Source: Picochlorum sp. SENEW3
Lineage: Eukaryota
Length of the DNA: 64,000 nt
Direction of reading: 5' to 3'
Assembly (NCBI GenBank): GCA_034226945.1
Contig: CP120460.1
Coordinates: forward strand, 558,001 to 622,000
The notes under the pieces were generated by a model that was given only the letters and a program-made list of their open reading frames with translations, was not told where the DNA came from and ran no database searches. The position numbers were made by a program, and so were the translations under genes. This document shows positions 45,166 through 55,809 of the stretch, in pieces (the first letter of the stretch is position 1; each line of letters begins with the position of its first letter).

Positions 45166-45471
45166 ATTGTGCATATTGAAACAAAATATATTTATTTGGA
45201 TATATATTTATATAATCTGTGCTGGCGTCGATTTGTTGTGGTGCGTCTTGTTTCTTGTCGTGACGTCGAGCCGACAGGGTTTTGAGACCATGTTATTTCT
45301 CGCTCACGGTGGCGATTGATTGTACTGATATATTACTAGTATACGCATCAAGGATGGTTGGGAGGGTATCCGAGGCTGTAGAACTGACACTGTATTCTGG
45401 TGTCGTGAAATGGTGATCCACGTAAGCCAAAGTCTGACACGTGGGATTATATTGTGTAGATTGGGACAGAT

Positions 45472-47112
45472 ATGTTTTCTTCAACGCTTAAAAAGGTTGA
45501 TAGAGTAGCGCGCTCGGGTGTTCAGTCGCTGGTTGCGAGGTCCATTGGGAGTTGGGCAAAGTACAACCCTGAGACCTTGTCGGGGAGCAACCCAGCGATT
45601 CCTGAGAATCTCGTGTTTGGAGAATGGCAGTCGACGGAAAAGTATATTGATCTTCCAGATCCTATGAATGGAGAAATATTTCTGAAATGTCCGGATACGC
45701 AGGTGTATGAGATTGAGCCTTTTGTGTCGAGTTTAAAGTCTGTGCCTCCGAGTGGGTTGCACAACCCGCTGAAGAATCCCCATCGGTATCTCAAGCTTGG
45801 TGAGGTGACGACGAATGCCGTAGTTGAGATGAAGAAGGATGAAGTGGCGGATCATTTTGCTCGTTTGATTCAGCGGGTTGCACCAAAGAGCTATGCTCAG
45901 GCCATGGGGGAGGTGACAGTGACGAGAATATTCCTGGAGAATTTTTGCGGTGATCAGCCTCGTTGGCTGGGAAGGGGATTTACAAATCCAGGAGATCATG
46001 TGGGTCAACAGAGTACAGGGTATCGATGGCCGTTTGGGCCGGTTGCCTTGATTGCACCATTTAATTTTCCTCTGGAGATTCCAGTGTTGCAATTGATGGG
46101 TGCGCTGTACATGGGGAATAAGCCATTGGTGCATGTAGACCATCGAGTCTCCATTGTAGTGGAGGAGTTTATGAGATTGTTACATGCATGTGGACTTTCT
46201 CCGACTGATGTTGATATTTTGCATGGCAAGGGAGGCACCATGGGTGAGGTCATGGCTCAAGCAAAGCCACGGAGTACATTGTTCACTGGAAGCAGGAGGG
46301 TGGCAGAGAGATTAGCTAAAGAACATCATGGGAGAATGTTTCTGGAAGATGCTGGTTTTGACTGGAAAATCATGGGTCCTGATGTGCAGGACTTTGACTA
46401 TGTTGCGTGGCAGTGTGACCAGGATGCCTATGCCGCAACAGGTCAGAAATGCAGTGCGCAGAGTATTCTGTTCATGCATGAGAACTGGGCCAAGGCAGGA
46501 TTGGAACAAGCGATTATAGAAAAGGCCGCGAAGAGGAATTTGAAGGATTTGACTGTGGCTCCAATTTTGTCATGGACAACAGATGCCATCCTGGACCATG
46601 CTCAAAAGCTTCTCAAGTTGCCTGGTGCCAGGGTTATTTGTGGTGCAGAGCCCCTGACTGGACATACTATTCCCAAAGTATATGGTGCAGTCAAGCCAAC
46701 GGCTATTTTTGTCCCTCTGGATCAAATTTTGAAGTCTCAGGAAAATTTTGAACTTGTCACAACGGAAGTCTTTGGACCATTCCAGGTAATTACAGAATAC
46801 AAAGATTCAGAACTATCCCATGTGCTTGAAGCATGCGAAAGAATGGAGGCTCATTTGACTGCAGCTGTCGTGTCAAATGATATCCGTTTTGTGGAGCACA
46901 TTCTAGGCAACACTGTCAATGGAACAACCTATGTGGGAATGCGTGGCCGCACAACAGGAGCTCCTCAAAACCATTGGTTTGGTCCATGCGGTGACCCCAG
47001 AGCTGCTGGAATCGGAACACCCGAGGCAATTCGCCTGGTTTGGTCCACTCACAGGGAGATTATCAGAGATTGGGGTCCAGTGCCTCACAATTTTGAGGCA
47101 AAGCAAACATAA
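45472..47112 (+). CDS. P5CDH: Delta-1-pyrroline-5-carboxylate dehydrogenase (ALDH12), mitochondrial
   Basis: 'GLHNPLKNP.RY', 'PFNFPLEIP.LQLMGALYMGNKP', 'LEDAGFDWK', 'GQKCSAQS', 'TTGAPQNHWFGP.GDPR'. Confidence 0.96.
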   Translation: MFSSTLKKVDRVARSGVQSLVARSIGSWAKYNPETLSGSNPAIPENLVFGEWQSTEKYIDLPDPMNGEIFLKCPDTQVYEIEPFVSSLKSVPPSGLHNPLKNPHRYLKLGEVTTNAVVEMKKDEVADHFARLIQRVAPKSYAQAMGEVTVTRIFLENFCGDQPRWLGRGFTNPGDHVGQQSTGYRWPFGPVALIAPFNFPLEIPVLQLMGALYMGNKPLVHVDHRVSIVVEEFMRLLHACGLSPTDVDILHGKGGTMGEVMAQAKPRSTLFTGSRRVAERLAKEHHGRMFLEDAGFDWKIMGPDVQDFDYVAWQCDQDAYAATGQKCSAQSILFMHENWAKAGLEQAIIEKAAKRNLKDLTVAPILSWTTDAILDHAQKLLKLPGARVICGAEPLTGHTIPKVYGAVKPTAIFVPLDQILKSQENFELVTTEVFGPFQVITEYKDSELSHVLEACERMEAHLTAAVVSNDIRFVEHILGNTVNGTTYVGMRGRTTGAPQNHWFGPCGDPRAAGIGTPEAIRLVWSTHREIIRDWGPVPHNFEAKQT

Positions 47113-47241
47113 ATACCACAATAAAGTTTCACTGTGCATCTTCATCTTGTAATTGTCATGCATGTCGTTTCATGGTGTGCCCTTGTCAAGGGCGATAAAA
47201 TGTTGGCAGACCTCTGAGTTTCCTCAGAAACGGTATGTAAA

Positions 47242-47351
47242 GGGGCGAATCGAGAATCGAACTCGAGACCTCAACTATATTCAGTCTCCGTATACGTGTC
47301 CACGGAGGGGAATCTCCCGAAAGTTGAATCATACCACTAGACCATACGCCC
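47242..47351 (-). tRNA. tRNA-Pro(CGG) with 38-nt canonical-position intron (47278..47315)
   Basis: Reverse complement reads GGGCGTA-TG-GTCTAGTGGTATGATT-CAACT-TT-CGG-G-[intron]-T-AGTTG-AGGTC-TCGAG-TTCGATT-CTCGA-TTCGCCC-C. The mature tRNA is 72 nt with intact A and B boxes and paired anticodon and T stems. Anticodon at 47317-47319. Confidence 0.93.
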
Positions 47352-47674
47352 ATCCAACCAGTGCTTCCATCGGGCAAAGTCCGATTTGCCACTGATTTGC
47401 AAAGTCGGTGGGGCAATTCTCACCTCGCAACGTCAAGGTGGTCCTCGCGGTGAGACCCATGTGCCATACACAATTGCTTCATTCCTTCCAGGCAAAATCA
47501 TTCTTCAATGAAGATGACGTGTCCACAGAAACTTGGCAGCTACTAGACGTGCAAGAGATGCCTTCCAGAGGCCTTGTTCAACTCAAAAGGTGTACATTTG
47601 TTACAATGTCATAATACATATGTTTCGTCAACGACACATATCACATGGTAGTCAGCCTTTTGCAACGTTGATCA

Positions 47675-48292
47675 TCAGATACCCTGGGCTGCAAACCTAT
47701 GCCTGTGATGATGCAACAGGTAGACACACAATCCTGCTGCAACAGCAGCACCGGCAGTTACCATCAAATACGTTGTCGTCGTGCTCGACTCCTTCTGTTT
47801 TGTTTTCTGTACTTTTTTCTTTTTCATTGCAGGGGCTACACCATTTGCCTTTTGGTCTGGCTGTGCCTTGGCAGGTTTCTTCCCAGCCCAAAGTGCTGTA
47901 ATAGCCCCAGTTCTCTTCCCAGCAATCGCTGGCCCGTCGGGAGCAAACCGACCCTTTCGGAGCTTGTCAGCAACCTTCACATCTGATATCTGTAATCCTA
48001 CTAAGACATACTCGAACGAATGCGGTTCCTTCTTGTTTTTCTTTATGACCTTGGCATAGTGAATTCTGAAGGTGGATGGGTCAATCGCTTCTTCAGCCAA
48101 AATATCTTTGATATCAGCTGATAAATTGTTCTTGTTCTCTTTCACGCTTTGAGACGCATCGAAATGCGCCCTGCATCGAAGGATTTCTGCTTCTTGTTGT
48201 TCAACCATGATACCGCTGCTTGCGCTGGCTCCAACGTGTTCGAAACTCTTGTTTCTATTCGTTATTTTCCGATTATTTTTACGTTGATTCAT
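47675..48292 (-). CDS. Hypothetical basic protein with a single C-terminal TM (tail-anchored)
   Basis: 205-aa ATG-initiated ORF. 'YLMVTAGAAVAAGLCVYLL' followed by a short basic/His tail. No family recognised. Confidence 0.6.
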   Translation of the reverse strand: MNQRKNNRKITNRNKSFEHVGASASSGIMVEQQEAEILRCRAHFDASQSVKENKNNLSADIKDILAEEAIDPSTFRIHYAKVIKKNKKEPHSFEYVLVGLQISDVKVADKLRKGRFAPDGPAIAGKRTGAITALWAGKKPAKAQPDQKANGVAPAMKKKKVQKTKQKESSTTTTYLMVTAGAAVAAGLCVYLLHHHRHRFAAQGI

Positions 48293-48476
48293 TCTTGGGT
48301 CTGGGGGTGGGGGTAATTAGATTTTGAAATTTTAAATCGGACTGACTTGATCCAATGTCAAACCGCTTCGGCAACCTCTCCTGCAGGAGCTCCTGACCAT
48401 CAGCTGATGGTTTCGGCAATCCAATGCATTGATCAGTCGTATATTTACACATCAGGTATGTACATGATCATGATGT

Positions 48477-50096
48477 TTAGTTCCCGTCCAATGCATTCAA
48501 CTTTCTGCTAAAGGTTTGAGATCTACTGAGTGATAGTTGAGAGTAGAGACCGTCCCCCTTTTCCATACTCAATGCTGCTGATGACGATGATGGCCCGATT
48601 GATTTGGAGGACGTCCTTGCTAACTTTCGCCTATTCATTCTATCAACTTTTCGAGCGACTTTGGCCATGAGGGAGTACTGCCACACCCTGCTGGCCAGAA
48701 ACACCCCTACAATACACACCAAGAGCCCACTAAACAGTAAAGACGTTTTCACCCGCTTCAACTGTGCATGGTGCGTCATAGCGGGTATTGCATTCGCTCC
48801 CTCCACAAGAGCAGCTCCTAATGGCCACCCTGGGCTTTCGTATCCGAGCCTAACCTTGGCATCACTCAATCTGAGCCCATTCAACAAGAGTGCTTCAACA
48901 TACTCCCCTCTAAAACAATACGTTTCAACCGCCAATTCTCCCTCATGCCGCTCAACAACTTTATTCCATTCCAAACTGCAGAATGAATCAGTAGTTTCTC
49001 GTACATCATCGAGCAGAGCCTTTGGTGACAACCCATAAAAGTGGTTCACAACATAAAACCCTGACATTGCTGCAAAATTGCCATCAAATTTAGGATGTAT
49101 AGACGATATTGAACAACCTGTATCACCTTTGTGACAAGGATGCACGCTTTCCACCACCTGTTCTGCCAGAAGATCGCACTCTTCGCCATCAGGCGCTCCC
49201 AACACCTCCACCTCTTGAAACATGGGCTGCGCATCATCCAACGGCATTCTCTTCACAACACTTTTAAATCCTTTATGTATACACGGATGTCGAAGTTGAG
49301 CTTTATTTTCGACCAAAGAAACCCGTGAAGGGTTTTCCTCTAGAATCTGCAAGGATCTCTGGAACGCATCATCGAGACCAGCATGGCCATGTGAATACGT
49401 ATACAAGTGATACGTTCGCCCTCCAATACGCAATGGAATCATCCCTTTGTCATCATCTTTCACCTCAAAGGTAACCTCCAACGAAGAACCTCCCAGATCA
49501 AGCGCACCAAGAGTATCACCCCCAGAGAGTCTATCCTCCACAGCATTTAATGCTGCCCATCCATACACACCCTCGTCTGCCCCCCGTATCACCCGTGCCC
49601 AATCATCTCTAAACAAAAAGCCAGAAGAAGATAATATTCTCCTGCATTCAGCCAATATATCACCCTGCTCAGCGCTCGACAGCCTCCGCATCCCAGCAGT
49701 CCCAAACAAAAATACAGGTGTCTCCTTCCACCTTTCCTGAGGAATCACAGCCTTGACCCAATCAAATAGCGGGCGCATCACTTTCTCCTCTATCATATCT
49801 AAACTCTCACCAAAGGACGCCAAGCCTGGCTCCGTCTCGACCCTCTGGTACGCTCGACGCTGCTCAGTCTTCCTCTGGGGAATACGGTCCTTTGCCACCT
49901 CTGGCTTAATCTGCTCTATACGATAACTATATCCACCATCCTTACTCTGAATACGAATACCAACATCTCGTTTCCTCGAATACCGATCAAGATGCTCCAC
50001 ACGAGTGAGTTCAAAGGCATTTAATCGCGTGCCAGAGCTACCCGCGTCAATCACGATCACATTCGAGGAACCGCCCAGGCCAATAGATGCATCCAT
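48477..50096 (-). CDS. Apyrase / GDA1-CD39 nucleoside phosphatase with C-terminal TM
   Basis: Apyrase conserved regions 'IDAGSSGTR', 'GTAGMR', 'GADEGVYGW', 'DLGGSSLE', 'WPLGA'. First ATG at 50096. Confidence 0.93.
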   Translation of the reverse strand: MDASIGLGGSSNVIVIDAGSSGTRLNAFELTRVEHLDRYSRKRDVGIRIQSKDGGYSYRIEQIKPEVAKDRIPQRKTEQRRAYQRVETEPGLASFGESLDMIEEKVMRPLFDWVKAVIPQERWKETPVFLFGTAGMRRLSSAEQGDILAECRRILSSSGFLFRDDWARVIRGADEGVYGWAALNAVEDRLSGGDTLGALDLGGSSLEVTFEVKDDDKGMIPLRIGGRTYHLYTYSHGHAGLDDAFQRSLQILEENPSRVSLVENKAQLRHPCIHKGFKSVVKRMPLDDAQPMFQEVEVLGAPDGEECDLLAEQVVESVHPCHKGDTGCSISSIHPKFDGNFAAMSGFYVVNHFYGLSPKALLDDVRETTDSFCSLEWNKVVERHEGELAVETYCFRGEYVEALLLNGLRLSDAKVRLGYESPGWPLGAALVEGANAIPAMTHHAQLKRVKTSLLFSGLLVCIVGVFLASRVWQYSLMAKVARKVDRMNRRKLARTSSKSIGPSSSSAALSMEKGDGLYSQLSLSRSQTFSRKLNALDGN

Positions 50097-50424
50097 AATT
50101 TTACAATGCAAGTAAAAAATCAGATACAGATCCACTTGCACTGCTGTTGTAGAGATAAAGACGCCAACACTGATATTTTTTACCTATGGTTTTTTTGGAA
50201 TCAAATTCTCCTTCTTCTCACATACTAGGTAGTCACCGATCAAAGCAAGTTCCCTTCAAATTGGAAGAAGAGGTATAAACTCCTTCAAATTAATCCATCG
50301 TGGATTCAAAAGTTGGCCAGGTCTCTACAAGTACATGTATGTTTTTGGAATGAGATGTATCTATTTAAGGAACTCCTTCTTCTAAATTTTTTCCGTTCCT
50401 ATAGCAGATCAATTTTCACTCGGT

Positions 50425-50544
50425 ATGATTCGTTCATACCATCCAGAATACACCCGATCCCGTCCGATCTCGGAAGTTAAGCTGGATTGGGCCGGACCAG
50501 TACTGTGGACAGAGATGACACGGGAAGCCCCGGTGACGAATCTT
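50425..50544 (+). rRNA. 5S ribosomal RNA gene (single copy in window)
   Basis: ATGATTCGTTCATACC...CACCCGATCCCGTCCGATCTCGGAAGTTAAGC...GGGCC...AGTACT...GGGAA...GTGACGAATCTT. Helix I (GATTCGT/ACGAATC) and helix II (ATCCAG/CTGGAT) pair. T4 Pol III terminator at 50543-50546. Confidence 0.95.
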
Positions 50545-50975
50545 TTGTCCGGCAGAAGGCCATCCGTTTTTAAAATCACATTCGAATTTTGCCATCCCAT
50601 GACTGACTTTGATCTCCGATTTTTTTGCACTTGTAAATCGAGTTATATTCTTGAGGGTTAAAACGCATTGCTGTTGTGTCGTTTTTGCTTCAATTATACC
50701 TCCAACACACCCGCTTGCGTGTGTCGCTGAGACAGTGTTTGCTGGTGCTCTGTAAGGCGTTGTAGAGTGCCGCAGGGATTTTTTTTAAATTTATTGGGCA
50801 TATATTGCTATTCCTGTGTGCAATATCACCCTTTGATCTATATCCAGCGGTCCTGGGCTTGGAGAAGGATTTGTCGTTGTTGACTCGGTGAGAGCGCATT
50901 CAGTGATTCAGTCATTCAATCCCATTCCATACACAGCGTCACGGCTGATTTATTAGTAAAGATTTCTATTGACGG

Positions 50976-53417
50976 ATGTGTGATACGACGAGCCATGTGC
51001 CTCCCCCACGTGAGTTGGTGGGAGAGCAGCAAGGGGGTGCTGAAGAGGACGGGCAGACTGATCCCAGCTTGAAGGAGATGTTTCAGGAAGGCATGTCTAC
51101 GATTGCGATTCATAGGAAGGAGAATGTGTTTCAAGATTTGGATAAGAGAACGCTGACTGAGGAGGAGCAGGCTGTGATTCAGAGGAGGGTGGAGCACCAA
51201 CGTAAAATGTATGAATTGTTCGAGAAGAAGGAACGGGAGAGGAAGATCCAAGAGTTGAAAGAAGTTTGTCCTGATATTAGCGATGAAGAGGCGAGTAGGG
51301 CGCTTGAGTTGTGTCAAGGAGATGAAGAGCAGGCAGCTACACGTTTGGTGAGTGATTCAGGATTCCGTAGACATGTGATGGATCCGAATTCTCGTGAGCA
51401 GCGTGGTAGTAGCAGTCGTCAGACTCGAAGCAATGCGAAAAAGTCGGATCATTGGCATGCGAAGCCGGATGGACAGCGTCCCAAAGTTGTGGATCGTGCA
51501 AGCCTCGAGGGTACTATATTTGTTGGGGCTTTCAGAGGCAAGGGTTTTCAAGGTAAGAGTGGTCGAAAAGTAGTGATGAGAAAGTTGCAGAATACTAGGA
51601 ATGAAAATAATGAGAATGAGGCGAGGGAGGCGGAGGACGCCTCGGATGTGACTCCAGACCATCGCACTACGAGTGGAGCAGGAGAAGAAGCTGTGCCATT
51701 GTCCCAGAATGGAGAGACTCCAGTGAGTGTTCCAAAGGTGTATGCACTGGTGAAGGAGGATAGTGAAGGTAATATTCAAGAGCTTACTCAATCTGAACTG
51801 AAGCAGGTGCAGACAATCCCTGACTCTGACCCAGGAAAGACTGATTGTCTTTCTGGAGAGGCCTCTGCGGAGCAGACTGTCAAAGAGGAGGCACCTCCGT
51901 CTGCCACTCGGAGGTCATCTCGGCAGAGGACTGTGAGAGCAGTTGATCCAGAAATTGATCCGAAAACAGATGGGTATTTGGAAAAAGTGGCATGTGCGAA
52001 TGACAAGGATGCAGCTGCCATACTTGGTAAATTGTCCAAGAAAATGGTGGCATACATTCTGGAGTCGCTTGGAACTGTGAATCCAGAGAAGGCTGTGAGC
52101 ATTCGAGAGATTTTGGACTCGTCAGATAAAGAGCCTGTCCCAATTGCGGCATATGGCGATGAGCAAGACTGCAAAGTTGTTTCCCAGGCGTGCTCAAGCG
52201 AGGCAACGTTGAGCGATCATGACGGTATTTCAGCGACCCTGCGTTCGTCCAAAAGGAGGCAATGCTCTTCTGTATATAGAGCAAACTCTTCTGCTGATGA
52301 CGGGGACGTTGTGTCTGGGAGCAGGCAGACCAAGAAGACGTTGCGCAAGAAGAGCAGCCCAGATACTGGGGAGGGACTCATCAAAAGCGCCATCGACAAG
52401 GGAACAGCATCTTCCGTTATTTCTGCAAGAGGGCATACGAATAGAGGGAGAGTGAAGCAAAAGAGTCACAAATCTGCCGAACTTCTTGAAGTTGGTACGT
52501 TGAGGGCTCAAAAGGGGTGGTACAATGCTGGCTACATATTCCCAGAAGGATTTAAATCCCGAACACTGTTCCGATCTTCCGTGGCGATCGACTCATTATG
52601 TGTCCACGAGTGTGATGTTATTGGTCGAGGTGGGACTTTCTGGCCTGCACCAACATTCAGAGTAGTTGCTCTCGATAGGCCAGATGAACCATTGATTGCA
52701 AAGAGTTGCACAGGATGTTGGACAGCTGTGTTGAAGCGTATTAATGCAGAAATTGAGGCGAGAAGAGCTGCTGGTGAAGACTTGCCTCCTCCTCCTCGAA
52801 CTGCAATTGCTGGGCCAGAGTACTTTGGGTTCAACCAACCTGATATTGTTGTTGCTGTAGAAGCACTCGATCCCAATCAAGAATGCTTCGAGTACTGGAC
52901 GGGCAAGGCTGTGCGCCAACAAGCTGCAGCTGGACTTCCAGTCCCAGCAAATGCGTCAAAATCATCTCGACGCCAGCCAAGATCAATCACGGAGCGTTTC
53001 ACCAAATCAAAAAGGCAGAGGGGTGGCAGAGTTGCACGTCATCAGCAGGATCGAGACTCGGCACTCGAGTCAGGAGATGAAGAAGATGATGAAGCGCGCT
53101 TCATGTCTAGTAAATGGAGCTCCGTCAGTCGAACAGAAAGATACAGAAACAGACTGCAAGAGAATGGGGATGAAGAGGCAGCATTGAAGGTTGATTCCGA
53201 CAACCCTCTCCCAGATTTCATGGATCCAATCACCCTGGAACCTGTCATCAGGCCAGCAATATCACCGTATGGTCACGTGATGGGTGCAGCAACTTGGAAG
53301 GCTGTTCTTGCAGAGCAAGGTGTTTGCCCCTTTACTAAAAAGCCACTCAAGTGGGAGCAGTGCAGAATGCTGACAAAGGCCAATATTGACATCTACGAGG
53401 ATTCCATCATTCAGTAA
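50976..53417 (+). CDS. UBA/CUE-like + FYRN/FYRC + U-box protein (putative chromatin-associated E3 ligase)
   Basis: 'LKEVCPDISDEEASRALELCQGDEEQAATRL' (UBA-like); 'GWYNAGYIFPEGFKSR' (FYRN); 'SCTGCWTAVLKRI...AGPEYFGF' (FYRC); 'FMDPITLEPVIRPAISPYGHV...CPFTKKPL' (U-box). Confidence 0.82.
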   Translation: MCDTTSHVPPPRELVGEQQGGAEEDGQTDPSLKEMFQEGMSTIAIHRKENVFQDLDKRTLTEEEQAVIQRRVEHQRKMYELFEKKERERKIQELKEVCPDISDEEASRALELCQGDEEQAATRLVSDSGFRRHVMDPNSREQRGSSSRQTRSNAKKSDHWHAKPDGQRPKVVDRASLEGTIFVGAFRGKGFQGKSGRKVVMRKLQNTRNENNENEAREAEDASDVTPDHRTTSGAGEEAVPLSQNGETPVSVPKVYALVKEDSEGNIQELTQSELKQVQTIPDSDPGKTDCLSGEASAEQTVKEEAPPSATRRSSRQRTVRAVDPEIDPKTDGYLEKVACANDKDAAAILGKLSKKMVAYILESLGTVNPEKAVSIREILDSSDKEPVPIAAYGDEQDCKVVSQACSSEATLSDHDGISATLRSSKRRQCSSVYRANSSADDGDVVSGSRQTKKTLRKKSSPDTGEGLIKSAIDKGTASSVISARGHTNRGRVKQKSHKSAELLEVGTLRAQKGWYNAGYIFPEGFKSRTLFRSSVAIDSLCVHECDVIGRGGTFWPAPTFRVVALDRPDEPLIAKSCTGCWTAVLKRINAEIEARRAAGEDLPPPPRTAIAGPEYFGFNQPDIVVAVEALDPNQECFEYWTGKAVRQQAAAGLPVPANASKSSRRQPRSITERFTKSKRQRGGRVARHQQDRDSALESGDEEDDEARFMSSKWSSVSRTERYRNRLQENGDEEAALKVDSDNPLPDFMDPITLEPVIRPAISPYGHVMGAATWKAVLAEQGVCPFTKKPLKWEQCRMLTKANIDIYEDSIIQ

Positions 53418-53488
53418 TCATCACATGTTATATATCCAAATATAAATTACTGCTCTGTATTACAGGAATAGATACTATCATATGACAT

Positions 53489-53932
53489 TTACTGGGCAGC
53501 TCCACGTCCAAACCCACCACGGAACTCTGGACGGTACTCTCCTGGAGCTCCAGCCTTCTCAGAGCGGTATCCTCCACGAGGTCCGTCATCAAAGCGCCTT
53601 GGGCGATCTCCACGAGGTGGGCGAGTGTTACGCTCCAGTGGAAGGGCAGACTTTTTCAATGTAGCTGGCACAATCTCCTCTGGGAGGCACAAGTACTCTC
53701 TCAAGTACTCAATTCCTGCATCAGTGAGGAACCAATAGTAGTGACGCCAAGCATAACGCTCAGTCACAAGCTCTCTGCTCTTGAAACTCTGCATCAACTT
53801 GATAACCTCCAAGTTTGGCACACCCTCAATCTCTGGGTGGCTTGGAAGGTTGAAGTCCTTCTCAGCATACAAGACACCCTCCTTGAAGAGGTACTTGTAC
53901 ACCTCACGACGATTCTTCTTAGAAATCAACAT
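53489..53932 (-). CDS. RPS10: 40S ribosomal protein S10 (eS10)
   Basis: '[20 protein letters not shown]', '[15 protein letters not shown]', '[31 protein letters not shown]'. Confidence 0.98.
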   Translation of the reverse strand: MLISKKNRREVYKYLFKEGVLYAEKDFNLPSHPEIEGVPNLEVIKLMQSFKSRELVTERYAWRHYYWFLTDAGIEYLREYLCLPEEIVPATLKKSALPLERNTRPPRGDRPRRFDDGPRGGYRSEKAGAPGEYRPEFRGGFGRGAAQ

Positions 53933-54431
53933 ATTGAATAGTCTCTTATTACTCTAAAATAGAAGCAGCAGGTTCTGTTGTGTTTTCCGCGTCGGCTCTT
54001 GAACAGTGGCCAACTCGATTCCCCGGTCTGCACAAGGACAAAACAAGCACATCAACGTTAGATACACAAATTTATGATTTAATTAATCGATTTCATGCTT
54101 GCCTTCCAATCGTCGCAGAAAGGCTGCAGAATTTTCCCACTGGTCGGCGTCGCCAGGTGCGGCGTCTGTAAAACAAACAGAACACAATCACGGCAATCAC
54201 ACGTACATGACTCTTCTGAGAGTTCCGAAGAATAATAATAGTAATTTGTGGATGGAGGTCCGGCGATGGTGGTGCTGATATCAATCTGGGGAGTAGGCGA
54301 CGCCGGCGGGCGTCCTATATATACCATTTACGGAACTCGTCAATGGAAACCCAGCATACTACCATGATAATGGACAATGAAGCAAATTAAAATCATTTTG
54401 AAAGCATTAGTATCCCCAAATACCGCATACA

Positions 54432-55799
54432 ATGGCTCGAACACGCAGGGTATGTACATGGAGGTGCCATGCATGTAGACATGTCAATTGTGTCAACTGT
54501 AAAACAATGCAAAGCAATGCATACGACTCATAATACCAAAATCTAATCCATTTTATGTATATTCGCATGCAGAGGAAGAAGAGAACGCATATCAAAGAGT
54601 CAGAAGATCCTTCTAAAAAGGGACAGCCAAAGTCTTTTGTGCTGCGTCGGGGTCGACATGCCAGTCTTTTGAAAGATTTGGAGAAAGATTTGAGGAAATT
54701 GATGTCTCCAAACACAGCGACGAATCTCAAGCAGCATAAAAAGAATGTGCTCAAGGACTTTGTTCATGTTGCAGGTCCACTTGGGGTGACACATTTCCTG
54801 TTGCTTACTGCAACGCATAATGCGTCGTATCTTCGGATAGGAAAGTCTCCTAGAGGGCCTACAGTGACATTTAGAATTCATGAGTATTCATTGATGCGAG
54901 ATGTGTTGGCATCACTGCAGAGGCCGAGGTGTCCTCAGTCAATTTGGTTGACTCACCCATTGGTTGTGATGAACTCGTTTAATTCTGCGTCGTCGGAGGA
55001 TGCGGAGCATTTGAAACTTGTTTCTGTCATGTTTCAGAATCTTTTTCCGACGATTAATGTGACGACGACAAAGTTATCGACGTGTCAGAGAGTGTTGCTT
55101 TTGGAGTATAATGCAGAGAGCAAAAGGATTGTGTTGAGGCATTATTCCATTGCTGTCAAGGCGGCAGGGGTCGCGAAGAATTTGAAAAAACTTTTAGATA
55201 GAAAAAGAGAGACGCCAGATCTTGGGGCGTTAGAGGATATTTCGGAACTGATGACAAAGAGTGGGTATGGGTCTGAGAGTGAAGGTGAAGATGCAGAGGC
55301 TGGAAAGGTTGAGTTGGAGGATCGGAATAGAAAGGGCGAGTTTCGAGGGACGCGCCAATCTCGGATCAAGTTGACAGAAATAGGTCCACGTATGGAGCTG
55401 GAAGTGATCAAGGTGGAAGAGGGTTTGTGTGATGGCAAGGTTTTGTACCATAGGTTTGAATCACGGACAGCTGAGCAAATTGCTGAGAAAGATGTGGAGA
55501 TTGAGGAGAAGAGAAAGCTGAAAGAACAGAGAAAGAGAGAGCAAGAGGCGAATGTTAAGCGAAAGCAGGCTCTTAAGAAGATGAAGGAAGGGGCAAAGGA
55601 AAGCAAGAAGGAAAAGAGAAAGAAGCAGTGGTGGGAAGAACAGAATCAGACTGCAGACAATGTGCCACAAGCAGAGCATGACGTTGAGTGGTACGTCAAA
55701 GAGGTTGGAGAAAACCCTGACGAAGAATTCTTTGGATCTGATAAGATGAAAAGAAAGAAGACTACAGAAACAAAGAAGAAGAAGAAGACTAAAAAGTGA
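54432..55799 (+). CDS. PPAN: Peter Pan / Ssf1 Brix-domain ribosome biogenesis protein; model join(54432..54449,54573..55799)
   Basis: 18-nt exon 1 (MARTRR), phase-0 intron 54450-54572. 'LKDFVHVAGPLGVTHFL', 'PRGPT.TF', 'LRHYSI', 'LTEIGPRMELEVIKVEEG'. Confidence 0.95.
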
Positions 55800-55809
55800 T
55801 TAGGTATAG

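Noticed and set aside
45472..47351. tRNA-Pro next to the proline-catabolism gene P5CDH
   Set aside because: No mechanism visible in the sequence; likely coincidence.
50409..50661. Short ORFs overlapping the 5S gene (and similarly those over the tRNA at 47153-47416)
   Set aside because: Explained by the RNA genes; no coding signal.
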